Below, piece after piece: positions 1 through 8,570 of a DNA stretch of 64,000 nt; position 1 is the stretch's first letter, and the number at the start of each line of letters is the position of its first letter. This DNA is from Nitrospirota bacterium (GTDB lineage: Bacteria; Nitrospirota; Thermodesulfovibrionia; Thermodesulfovibrionales; Dissulfurispiraceae), in assembly GCA_963790025.1 (NCBI GenBank), contig CAWBMP010000004.1:576001-640000 (forward strand). Reading direction: 5' to 3'. Below the pieces are notes generated by a model, which did no database searches, was not told the origin of the DNA, and saw only the letters and a list, made by a program, of their open reading frames with translations. The position numbers and the translations under genes were made by a program.

Positions 1-2
1 AA

Positions 3-710
3 GAACAGATCGCCGACCTGCTCCTCTTCCCGTCTACCAAAACCGAAAAAGGAAAGCTCACTACTCTTCAGCAATATGTCAGCGCCATGAAGGAAGGACA
101 GGAGGCCATCTACTACATTACAGGCATTTCCCTCGATGAGGCACTATCTTCGCCGTATCTGGAAGCGTTCAGGGCAAAAGATTACGAGGTGCTCATCATG
201 CTTGACGAGGTTGACGATATAATCATGGGTGGTCTTGAGTACAACGGGAAGCACATGAAGTCAGTTACCAGGGGCGATATAAAGCTTGATAAAACGGATG
301 ACTCGGACAGGAAAAAGGCCGAGGAAAGGTTTGGGAGAATCCTGGAATTCATCAAGGACCGGTTAAGAGAAGAAGTCAAGGATGTGCGCATGTCCTCCAG
401 GCTGAAGGATTCGGCTTGCTGCCTTGTAGGCGACGAAGGAGATATAGACCCTCAGACGGAAAAAATATTCAGGGCCATGGGACAGCAGGTCCCCGCGCAG
501 AAGCGGATCCTGGAGATCAATCCGGCACATCCCGTGATTGAAGCCATGCAATCCATACTGGAGAGGGACAGCTCAAATCCTGTCCTCGGCGAATACACAC
601 AGCTGCTTTATAATCAGGCGGCATTGCTTGAAGGCTCGAAGCCGAAAGATCCCGCTGGATTCGCAAAATCTATTGCAAAATTGATGGCCGATAATGCAAA
701 ACTTTTTTAA
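3..710 (+). CDS. htpG: Molecular chaperone HtpG (Hsp90), C-terminal part; gene begins before the window
   Basis: Frame open from base 3 (EQIADLLLFPSTK...QYVSAMKEGQEAIYYITG). Contains SPYLEAF, SSRLKDSACCLV, ILEINPAHP and LLYNQAALLEG, typical of Hsp90 middle/C domains. Confidence 0.95.
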   Translation, partial: EQIADLLLFPSTKTEKGKLTTLQQYVSAMKEGQEAIYYITGISLDEALSSPYLEAFRAKDYEVLIMLDEVDDIIMGGLEYNGKHMKSVTRGDIKLDKTDDSDRKKAEERFGRILEFIKDRLREEVKDVRMSSRLKDSACCLVGDEGDIDPQTEKIFRAMGQQVPAQKRILEINPAHPVIEAMQSILERDSSNPVLGEYTQLLYNQAALLEGSKPKDPAGFAKSIAKLMADNAKLF

Positions 711-732
711 CTGGGTTTGACTATACCGGGGA

Positions 733-1662
733 ATGCAATCAACAGAGAGAGCCAGGACGTCTGAGATAAAGAGGGTGCTGTTCATCACCCTTGCGCTCAA
801 CATGCTCGTCTCAGGGGCAAAAATCCTTTACGGCTTCTACATAAATTCCATTGCCATAATAGCCGAAGGCTTTCATTCGGCGTTCGACGGTGTCTCCAAT
901 GTGGCCGGGTTGGCCGGCATATATTTTTCGTCCCATCCTCCCGACGAAGACCATCCGTACGGACACAGGAAGGTCGAAACGATATGCACGGTCTTTATTG
1001 CGGCCATTATGTTTGTCACCTGTCTGGAGATCTTCAAGAAGGTTTACGAATCTGCCATGCATAAGCAGGCAGTTAATGTAACTGCTGAAAGTTTTGTACT
1101 TATGGCCGGAACTTTGCTTGTCAATATCTTTGTTGCAGTGTATGAAAAGGGCAAAGGCAATGAGCTGCACAGCGAATTCCTTGTCGCTGACGCCCGCCAT
1201 ACTCAAACTGACGTTTACTCCACCATAGGGGTCATCATAGGTCTGTTTTTTGTAAAGATGGGATTTACCCGTGCCGATACCGTGGTCGGCGCAATTGTGG
1301 GGCTGCTTGTGGCAAAAGCCGGTTTCGATATTCTAAAAGAATCGGCAGGGATACTGGTCGACAAAAGACAACTGGATACAGGCCTGATAAACGAGATCGT
1401 CTGTTCTATCGACGGCGTTGTCGCTTGTCACAAGATCAGGACAAGGGGAACAAACAGCACCATATTCCTTGACCTGCATCTACTGGTAAATCCGCTCCTG
1501 ACTGTGGAATCGGCCCATCAGATCGCTCATACTGCCGAGGAGAATATAAAGGGCAGGATCAAGGGAGTAGTTGACGTCATCGTGCACATAGAACCGTCAA
1601 CCGAGACACCGGAGGCGGACTGGGTATGCAAGGGCAAAGATACCAGGGGCCGGTCAAAATAA
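733..1662 (+). CDS. Cation diffusion facilitator (FieF-like) metal transporter
   Basis: EGFHSAFD, PPDEDHPYGHRKVE, ADARHTQTD, C-terminal HKIRTR/DLHLLV/IVHIEP; about 6 hydrophobic segments. Confidence 0.92.
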   Translation: MQSTERARTSEIKRVLFITLALNMLVSGAKILYGFYINSIAIIAEGFHSAFDGVSNVAGLAGIYFSSHPPDEDHPYGHRKVETICTVFIAAIMFVTCLEIFKKVYESAMHKQAVNVTAESFVLMAGTLLVNIFVAVYEKGKGNELHSEFLVADARHTQTDVYSTIGVIIGLFFVKMGFTRADTVVGAIVGLLVAKAGFDILKESAGILVDKRQLDTGLINEIVCSIDGVVACHKIRTRGTNSTIFLDLHLLVNPLLTVESAHQIAHTAEENIKGRIKGVVDVIVHIEPSTETPEADWVCKGKDTRGRSK

Positions 1663-1697
1663 GGCATGTTTGTTATTGTCGAAATCTGCCGTAGACT

Positions 1698-3263
1698 ATG
1701 GTACAATGTTTCGTGCAGATTATGTTTATCGCAACATTCATAATATCACTGTTCTGTTTCCTCAGCTTGCCATCAGGCGCATGGGCATTTGTGTCCCACG
1801 ATTACCCTGCGACGTTCGTTAATGAGATGGCCCGAATATATTTCCTCATTTCATGCCTTGTCGTCTTAGGGGCCATGATCTATAACCGGCTTCACAAAGA
1901 AAAAGTCTGGCGGAATATGATTATTGCGCTGCTGTTCTTCATATTATGGGACATCGTTGTCTTTGCAGGACAAATGGCTGAGCATTGGGTATCGCCGTAT
2001 CAAATAGTCGGCAGTGGTAAAGGGTGGGACTATTTCAAAAGCACAATCATACTTAACGGAACAGAGTGCTTTTTTTATTATGCAAAATATGACTATTTAT
2101 TGATCAATATAGCAATGTTCTTTTTCTACTCCGGATTAAGGGCGCATCTAAAAACATACCAATTCACAGCGTCAGCTTCGTCGCTTATATTGCCCTTGCT
2201 GCCGGTTTTCCTTGTAGAGATAGTGGGGGCCTTTATTTTCGTAGTGCTTTCCATCCTCAGCCTCATTACAAGCGTAAAACTTTATAATAGAGACAAAACA
2301 AATATCTTATGGAATTATATGATATGGCTCTCTTCTTCGTTTGTCCTTTTTTCTATCTCGCGATCGGTGGGTCATGTTGCAAAACACGTACTTGTTGCCG
2401 GGGGGCATGCAGATACCTGGGAGTATATCGCCCCGATGACCGGCAGTTTTAACATATTCGCTTTCTTTCTCCTGGGTTCTTTGAGCCTTTTCTTCATCAA
2501 GATGTATGACACTCATATGAGGGCGTTAAGGGACAAGGATGTAATCGAGAGTATTAATGCCGAAATGTCCGAATTGAACAAGTCACTCGAAACCATTGTG
2601 GCAGAGAGAACTATGAGCTTAATGGCGTTGACCGTGGCCGATAAGGTAAGGAACCCGGCCTCCATAATAGGGATCGTCTGCAAAAGAGTGCTCGACAAGA
2701 AAGAGGAATTGTCCAATGTCATTTCTAATCTCAGTGCAGCAGTAGATGAGTGCGAAAAATTGCAGGCCATCGTAGGGGATTTCGAGAACCTGCTCAGGAC
2801 CAGGAAATCCGTGTTCAGGTATGAGGACATTAACGAGATTATCAGAAGTGTTATCCCTGTTCTTGAAAAAGAGGCCGCCGTAAAAGGAGTACATATGGCC
2901 GTGGCCCTTTCGGAAAAGCCCTTGAAGATTAATGCCGAAAAAAGCCTCCTCAGGGTGGCGCTGTTCCATGTTCTGAGAAACGCGCTGGATGCAACTGAGG
3001 CAAAAGGCACTATTAATATCTCATCCCGCAGTGACGCCGATAATGCAGTTGTATGTATATCGGACACCGGTCGCGGCATAAAGAAAGAGGACCTTGACAG
3101 AATCTTCGATACCTTTTACAGCACGAAGAGTTTCGGGTTTGGCATGGGGTTGCCGCTGGTAAAGCAAATAATATCCGAGCACCTCGGAGAAATAAAGATT
3201 GACAGCGAAGAGTGGAAAGGGACGACTGTAACAATACTGCTCCCCACAAGATGGAAAGGATAA
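1698..3263 (+). CDS. Multi-TM sensor histidine-kinase-like protein; H-box His replaced by Asp
   Basis: Long hydrophobic N-terminal region. HisKA-like VADKVRNPASIIG. HATPase boxes HVLRNALDA, DTGRGI, IFDTFYSTK, GFGMGL. Confidence 0.85.
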   Translation: MVQCFVQIMFIATFIISLFCFLSLPSGAWAFVSHDYPATFVNEMARIYFLISCLVVLGAMIYNRLHKEKVWRNMIIALLFFILWDIVVFAGQMAEHWVSPYQIVGSGKGWDYFKSTIILNGTECFFYYAKYDYLLINIAMFFFYSGLRAHLKTYQFTASASSLILPLLPVFLVEIVGAFIFVVLSILSLITSVKLYNRDKTNILWNYMIWLSSSFVLFSISRSVGHVAKHVLVAGGHADTWEYIAPMTGSFNIFAFFLLGSLSLFFIKMYDTHMRALRDKDVIESINAEMSELNKSLETIVAERTMSLMALTVADKVRNPASIIGIVCKRVLDKKEELSNVISNLSAAVDECEKLQAIVGDFENLLRTRKSVFRYEDINEIIRSVIPVLEKEAAVKGVHMAVALSEKPLKINAEKSLLRVALFHVLRNALDATEAKGTINISSRSDADNAVVCISDTGRGIKKEDLDRIFDTFYSTKSFGFGMGLPLVKQIISEHLGEIKIDSEEWKGTTVTILLPTRWKG

Positions 3264-3298
3264 ACCCAATTGTTCAGGCAGCGCAATGGATTGGTTTT

Positions 3299-3580
3299 TT
3301 ATTTGCGGTCCATTAATTTATATGCACTTAACAGCTTCTCCCGGGCCTCTTGCATCCTGTGCATGGCATCTCCAGCCTTTGCCATTTCCACTTTAATATT
3401 CTCCACTCCCAGATTTGAGACCTGTTGAATGGATTTAACAGTTTCGGATTGGATATTCACGGCATCGGACAATACGTTATTCAGAACATCACTGAAAGGA
3501 TTGTCGGCCTTTTTATTGGAAGGCCTCTGTGACTCCGGAGTTCCAGCGGGTATGCCTTGTATCTTTGTTATATCATTCAT
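3299..3580 (-). CDS. FliE-like (flagellar hook-basal body) small protein, orphan
   Basis: 93 aa. The PFSDVLNNVL...VEMAKAG..MQEAREKLLSAYKLM pattern resembles FliE helices. No other flagellar genes nearby. Confidence 0.6.
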   Translation of the reverse strand: MNDITKIQGIPAGTPESQRPSNKKADNPFSDVLNNVLSDAVNIQSETVKSIQQVSNLGVENIKVEMAKAGDAMHRMQEAREKLLSAYKLMDRK

Positions 3581-3848
3581 CTTGTTTTTGTTATACCACG
3601 CCCATGAGATAAAGTCAATGATTTTAGGTACTTTAGAGGATAGGGCGGGAACAGGTTATCGCCATTCGCAGAAATGCGGGCATCCCCTCCATATTGGCGG
3701 CATTAAGGGGTACTGGATGAAAAACCAATGAAAAAAGCTGAAAAACGCAAAATGAGACAAAATTGGTCGCGACATACGTAACATATCCTGCTATATCTTG
3801 AAGTATCAGTTATTTACGCCTTATTACCCATAACCACGAATGACAATT

Positions 3849-3867
3849 TCGGCAAATATTATGCCGA
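3849..3867. promoter_or_regulatory. Palindromic element TCGGCA-N7-TGCCGA that reads GG-N10-GC (sigma54-like) on both strands
   Basis: Plus strand CGGCAAATATTATGCC, minus strand CGGCATAATATTTGCC. Lies in the divergent intergenic region 3581-4016. Confidence 0.4.
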
Positions 3868-4016
3868 TTAATGTATTTTGAATCTGGTATAATGGTGGCA
3901 GAAATTCTAACGTCAGGATTATAATACTGCGGATGAAATATTTGAAAAATGAATGTGCAATCCTTTATATATGATGCTGTCCTTTGCATGTCACAATATG
4001 AACTGGCGGAACAATA

Positions 4017-5702
4017 GTGCCGTTTAATACCATTCCAATAAAAGACTTTGTCAGCCGGGAAAGCGAACTGAATTATTTGAAGCGTTTTGCCGACCTCAGA
4101 GATTATACTATGACCGGGAACATACTGCTCGAAGGGGCGCGCGGTATAGGCAAGACTGAACTTATCAAGCAGATGTACCGCATTATTTTTTTGAAGGGTA
4201 ATAATATTGTCCCCTTTTATTACCTGTTTCAGCGGGGGAACCTGAAGGCGTCTCATTTTGCCAAAGATTATTTTACACGATTTGTGAGGCAATATATTGC
4301 ATACGTGAAGAAAGACCCCTCTTTTATTGATGCAATGAGCACGTCGCTGACACGGCTTATTCCGGTGATTGCTTCTCTCAGGCTTGAATGGATGATAGAT
4401 CTCATCGAGGATTTTCAGGAACAAGTGAAAAACGGCGATCTCTACGGACAGATACTTGCAGCTATTTCTGCGCCTGTCACCGCGGCAAGCGAGAGCAGAA
4501 GACCGGTATTTGTTATGCTTGATGACTTCCACATGGCGACCCAGCTTTATGAAACAAATCCCGGTGATGTCCCGGGCCTGATCGGTCTATTCGAAGGCTC
4601 TGTAAGGAACTATCTTTGTCCGCATTTGCTGACAGGCTCTCCTGAGGGAGTTCTGGAGTCCATCTTTGCCGATAACGCGTTCAGGGGCAAGGCTGAGAGA
4701 CTTTTCCTGAAACAGCTGCCGGAGGACGTCGCTTATTCTCTTTTTAGAGCATACTGCGACAAGCTCAAAATAAACGGCGACAAGGACGCCATCCTTAAAT
4801 TCGTAAGGATCCTCGGCGGCAACCCGCTTTATATGAGGAATATAGTACGGTCTATCTGGAAGATGCAAAAAAAATACATCACTGAACGCGATCTCTGGGA
4901 GATTTACAGCCTTGAAGTTTCCGAGGGAGAGACCGCTTTTTACTGGTCGTCTATAATGGGAGAGTTTCTCAAGGATCCCGGCCAGCGAAGGACAGGGATT
5001 AAACTGCTTATGCATTCGCTTAAATCAAACAGCGGTTTTTATGATATTGAACGGCTGGCTAAAATAACAGGTACGTCGGAACCTTCGGTAAGGTCTGTGC
5101 TCGAAGCGCTTCGGATGGCGGGCATCGTGCAGGAAGGGGGCCACATCTGGTATTTAAATGATAATGTACTGCAGGATTTCATACAAAGCCTGCATATGAG
5201 AGAGGTGGAAGGGCTGAAAACGAAGCAGATAAGGGAGCTTATAGAGGCCAGGTATTGCCAGGTAAGCGGCGCCTCTTCTTCCTCGTTTGAGATGATTATC
5301 CCGATGGTCTCCGATGCGGAGCTCGTTGCGGCAAGGGCTGTGGAGCAAGTAGGAAAGAATATCAGCCTTGCGCCCGATGTGATCGACCATATCAAGCTCG
5401 CGCTTATAGAATCATGCATTAATGCAATGGAGCACAGCGGAAGTTACGATAAAAATATCTATCTCAAATTTATCGTGTCGGATGAAAGGATCGAGATAAT
5501 CATTGAGAGCCCGGGCAAGTTTTTCGACATCGAAACGGTTGAGGAGGCCACCATTGAGGAGAAGTTCCATACAGAACATAAAAGGGGCTGGGGCCTGAAG
5601 CTCATCCGTTCCATTATGGATGATGTCAGGATAGAGAGAATAGAGGACAGAACAAGGGTGATCCTTGTAAAAAATATCAAGACTAATGAGGTGCTTGGAT
5701 GA
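4017..5702 (+). CDS. P-loop ATPase (archaeal-ATPase/STAND-like) with helical/wHTH region, fused to a C-terminal RsbW-type anti-sigma Ser/Thr kinase domain
   Basis: FVSRESEL, Walker A GARGIGKT, Walker B VMLDDFH, LGGNPLY. C-terminal LALIESCINAMEHS and RGWGLKLIRSIMDDV (HATPase_c_2 type). GTG start. Confidence 0.8.
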   Translation: MPFNTIPIKDFVSRESELNYLKRFADLRDYTMTGNILLEGARGIGKTELIKQMYRIIFLKGNNIVPFYYLFQRGNLKASHFAKDYFTRFVRQYIAYVKKDPSFIDAMSTSLTRLIPVIASLRLEWMIDLIEDFQEQVKNGDLYGQILAAISAPVTAASESRRPVFVMLDDFHMATQLYETNPGDVPGLIGLFEGSVRNYLCPHLLTGSPEGVLESIFADNAFRGKAERLFLKQLPEDVAYSLFRAYCDKLKINGDKDAILKFVRILGGNPLYMRNIVRSIWKMQKKYITERDLWEIYSLEVSEGETAFYWSSIMGEFLKDPGQRRTGIKLLMHSLKSNSGFYDIERLAKITGTSEPSVRSVLEALRMAGIVQEGGHIWYLNDNVLQDFIQSLHMREVEGLKTKQIRELIEARYCQVSGASSSSFEMIIPMVSDAELVAARAVEQVGKNISLAPDVIDHIKLALIESCINAMEHSGSYDKNIYLKFIVSDERIEIIIESPGKFFDIETVEEATIEEKFHTEHKRGWGLKLIRSIMDDVRIERIEDRTRVILVKNIKTNEVLG

Positions 5703-6055
5703 CTGTGATGAACTTTAAAGTGACGTCAAAGATCATACGGGATGTGGCGATCCTTTACCCGCAGGGATATTTAAACAATATCGCCGGTGAGAACCTTGTG
5801 CAGGAATGCAACAACTGCCTCGGAAGTGAGATCAAAAAAGTTGTGCTGAATTTCAGAGAAACCGATTTTATCAATACCATCGGCATTTCGATGCTGCTGA
5901 CTATCATCGAAAAGTTGAAAGATGAAGGTGGGACACTTTGCTTTACGAATCTGAGCAGGGCATATCATGATACTTTTGAGATGATTGGTCTTACCAGGTA
6001 TATCCATATCTTTCCCGACGAAAAGGAGGCCATGCGGTATCTGAGTGAAGCATAG
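5699..6055 (+). CDS. STAS-domain anti-sigma-factor antagonist (RsbV/SpoIIAA-like)
   Basis: VVLNFRETDFINTIGISMLL, GGTLCFTNLS, FEMIGLTRYIHIFPDEKEA. Overlaps the upstream stop (ATGA coupling). Confidence 0.9.
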   Translation: MTVMNFKVTSKIIRDVAILYPQGYLNNIAGENLVQECNNCLGSEIKKVVLNFRETDFINTIGISMLLTIIEKLKDEGGTLCFTNLSRAYHDTFEMIGLTRYIHIFPDEKEAMRYLSEA

Positions 6056-6134
6056 ACGCTGTGAATTTTTGTTGCCGGTTCCAATAAGCAAAAAAAACTG
6101 GTATACTTATTCCAGCTAATAATAATTTAAAACT

Positions 6135-7310
6135 ATGATGACGCCAAAAGACAATATGATCCTGCAAAAAATCAGGGAGGGCTATTGTCTGCCGATGCTC
6201 TCCCCTGTTGCCGTTCGCCTGATAGAACTTGCTTCCAGCGAAACCTCATCGCTTGATGACCTGGCCGACTTAATAGCAAAAGACCCGTCCTTTGCGGTGC
6301 GGGTACTGGGACTCGCAAACTCGGCATTCTTCAGAAACTCGGAACAAATCAACACCATCGAGAATGCGATCATGAAAATCGGTTTCTCCCGGCTCAGGAT
6401 GATGGCCTTTGCTATTTCCCTCAGAGACACTTTCCCAATGGGGAAAGTTGGCCCGATGGATTATGAACAATTCTGGAAAACCTCATTATACAGGGCCATC
6501 ATCGCAAAAGGGCTCGCCAAATCATTTCGGAACTGCAACCCCGAAGAGGCATTTGTTGCGGGGCTGACGCTCGAGATAGGAGTGTTGATTATCTTTGACA
6601 TGTTCATCAAAAACAAAAGCAATTACATGCCGGCGCCTTACCCCCTGAAAACCCTCCTTATGTGGGAAAAGGCGCAATTCGGAGTCGACCACCGTGACAT
6701 AGGAGAGCAGGCGCTCAGACATTGGAAATTCCCTGAAAAGATCCTCGCATGCCAGAAGATCCACCTGCTGGAAAAACCACAGGCAGATATTGATGAATTG
6801 GCGCTGCTCTGTGATACGGCACGCAGGTTCTCGTACCTCGTCAGCGAAAAAGAGGCCGGATGGCATGTTATATTTACCGAAATTGATTCAATCTACGGCA
6901 TTAAAAGCTCGGTCCTTACTCCTTTGCTTGCGAGAGCATTCGACGAGGTCGAGGAGATATCAAGATACCTGAAAGTGGAGATCAGCAGAGAACGGGACCT
7001 TATACAACTTTTAGAGAAAGCGAAATACACGCTTCGAAAGCTGACTGAAACTATGGCAAAATGGACCCATTTCGTACTCGACGGGCAAAGCTCGGGTGGA
7101 GCGAAATCAACTTCTCCAATGGTCGGATACTCACTGACTGAAAAACTCCAGATAGTCGCGGTCGAAATCAAAAAACCGCTGACAATCATACGGGCGTTTA
7201 TCGATAATCTGGTCCCCACAGTCAGTCACGACTCCAATGAGTGGAACTATGTCCAGGCATGCAGTGAAGAAGTAAAAAAGGTCGAACTGGCAGTCCTGTT
7301 GTTAAAATAA
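6135..7310 (+). CDS. HDOD-domain protein with a degenerate HisKA-like C-terminal helix pair
   Basis: LPMLSPVA, IAKDPSFAVRVLGLANSAFF, AFVAGLTLEIG, FGVDHRDIG..LRHWKFP. Tail VAVEIKKPLTIIRAF with no HATPase domain. Confidence 0.85.
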   Translation: MMTPKDNMILQKIREGYCLPMLSPVAVRLIELASSETSSLDDLADLIAKDPSFAVRVLGLANSAFFRNSEQINTIENAIMKIGFSRLRMMAFAISLRDTFPMGKVGPMDYEQFWKTSLYRAIIAKGLAKSFRNCNPEEAFVAGLTLEIGVLIIFDMFIKNKSNYMPAPYPLKTLLMWEKAQFGVDHRDIGEQALRHWKFPEKILACQKIHLLEKPQADIDELALLCDTARRFSYLVSEKEAGWHVIFTEIDSIYGIKSSVLTPLLARAFDEVEEISRYLKVEISRERDLIQLLEKAKYTLRKLTETMAKWTHFVLDGQSSGGAKSTSPMVGYSLTEKLQIVAVEIKKPLTIIRAFIDNLVPTVSHDSNEWNYVQACSEEVKKVELAVLLLK

Positions 7311-7349
7311 ATGGGGGGATGAACATACAGGCATACTCATCCCCCCATT
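7310..7349. terminator. Hairpin between convergent genes, probable bidirectional terminator
   Basis: AATGGGGGGATGA (7310-7322) and TCATCCCCCCATT (7337-7349) form a perfect 13-bp inverted repeat. Confidence 0.7.
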
Positions 7350-7370
7350 CACTTATCGCCTTATAAAGCC

Positions 7371-8294
7371 CTAAAAGTTAAAATTCAGGTTAACGCCATA
7401 GACAAATTTATCGGCAAGATGGCCATCAGGGTTAAAGTCGTGAACTCCGGTCCTGTCCGTTATCGTCTTGCTTGCGTCACCCGAAAGCGGGAACCAGTAT
7501 TGTACAATGGGCTGTACAGAGAACTTCGATGTCAAAGGTGCTGTAAAGCCGACCTGCACATGGCCGTCATGAAACGCGCTGTAGTTGCTGCCGACATAGC
7601 CTCTGTTGGCAACATATGTCTTCCAGACATTGCTGTCCCCTGCCTCGTATCCGAACCCCGCACCCAGATCGACTGTGGCGTCGCCACTGGCCATCTTAAA
7701 CACAGGGAGCGATTGCGAGAAAGAGAGGTTTAAATAGGTGCCGGGGAAATTGTCGATGTCCCTGTAGACCGCCAGAGTCGGGTGGGCAATCATGTCATAC
7801 GCAGCGCTCAGGTAGAGTTCCTGAGTCTCCGCATTGTTGTTATACTTGATCCCATAATAGGTATAGCCGCCGGTAAGGGCAAGCTTATCGATATTGTATG
7901 TATAGTTCAGGGTCAAATCGGTTTCATTGTAGCTTGTTTTGCCCGGTCTGTCAGGTGTAAAAGACTGTGTTGCTTTCTCTCTTGAATCGATGTTGCTCCA
8001 GAACGTTGCCGAGAAGCCCGAGTAATTGATAGTAGCGGTCGGCTGGATGACGACGCTGCCGTTGTTGAGTTCATAGCCGCGGAACATATAGTGGTTAAGA
8101 ACAGCGAGTGAAGCGCTGCCGGTGACCGCCGGTGGAGCAGGGGCCGCTGCTGCCGCAGGCGCTGCAGCCGGAGCAGTTGCCGCCGGCACCTCGGTTGCAG
8201 GCTTTTGATCTTCCGCATACACTGCGCCGGCTGATACTGAAGCGATTAAAGCTAAAACGATAATAGCACTGGTAAAATTGCTGATTCTTTTCAC
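7371..8294 (-). CDS. Putative outer-membrane porin (TorF-like), last gene of the kdp operon
   Basis: Signal peptide, Ala/Pro linker, NHYMFRG motif, alternating beta-strand pattern, C-terminal Phe (VNLNFNF). GGAGG RBS before a GTG start. Confidence 0.7.
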   Translation of the reverse strand: MKRISNFTSAIIVLALIASVSAGAVYAEDQKPATEVPAATAPAAAPAAAAAPAPPAVTGSASLAVLNHYMFRGYELNNGSVVIQPTATINYSGFSATFWSNIDSREKATQSFTPDRPGKTSYNETDLTLNYTYNIDKLALTGGYTYYGIKYNNNAETQELYLSAAYDMIAHPTLAVYRDIDNFPGTYLNLSFSQSLPVFKMASGDATVDLGAGFGYEAGDSNVWKTYVANRGYVGSNYSAFHDGHVQVGFTAPLTSKFSVQPIVQYWFPLSGDASKTITDRTGVHDFNPDGHLADKFVYGVNLNFNF

Positions 8295-8341
8295 TGTATC
8301 CTCCCTGGTGATGTTTTACAGGCTCAAGCCTGTTCTTCTAT

Positions 8342-8545
8342 TTACTGCATCACATGAATGTCTTTGCAGCTTTCCTGTCTTTCCTCACCTCTCTTTATTC
8401 CATATTTTTTGATCTTGTATCCGATTATCCTGTCGGTAATCCCGAGCATTCTTGCGGCCCTCGCCATGACCCAATTGCTGTCTTCAAGGGCTTTGATGAT
8501 CTGGTCCCTCTCATATTCTTCAATACTCTTTTTCAGTATCATCAT
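8342..8545 (-). CDS. Standalone Fis-type helix-turn-helix protein (67 aa)
   Basis: ERDQIIKALEDSNWVMARAARMLGITDRIIGYKIKKYGI matches the HTH at the C-terminus of sigma54 activators. Start reassigned to the ATG at 8545 (GAGGGGG RBS, no overlap with kdpC). Confidence 0.8.
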   Translation of the reverse strand: MMILKKSIEEYERDQIIKALEDSNWVMARAARMLGITDRIIGYKIKKYGIKRGEERQESCKDIHVMQ

Positions 8546-8570
8546 GACCGTCCCCCTCTTTTGACTCCGT

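Noticed and set aside
3262..3300. Possible terminator between the kinase and the fliE-like gene
   Set aside because: The inverted repeat is imperfect and weak; not confident enough to list.
3810..4532. 240-aa minus-strand ORF, and the many other antisense or nested ORFs in the track (e.g. 10173-10967, 60590-61183)
   Set aside because: They overlap well-supported genes on the opposite strand or in another frame and show no motifs; treated as shadow ORFs.
6098..6113. TGGTATACTTATTCC upstream of the HDOD gene as a sigma54 site
   Set aside because: It has CC rather than the required GC at -12.
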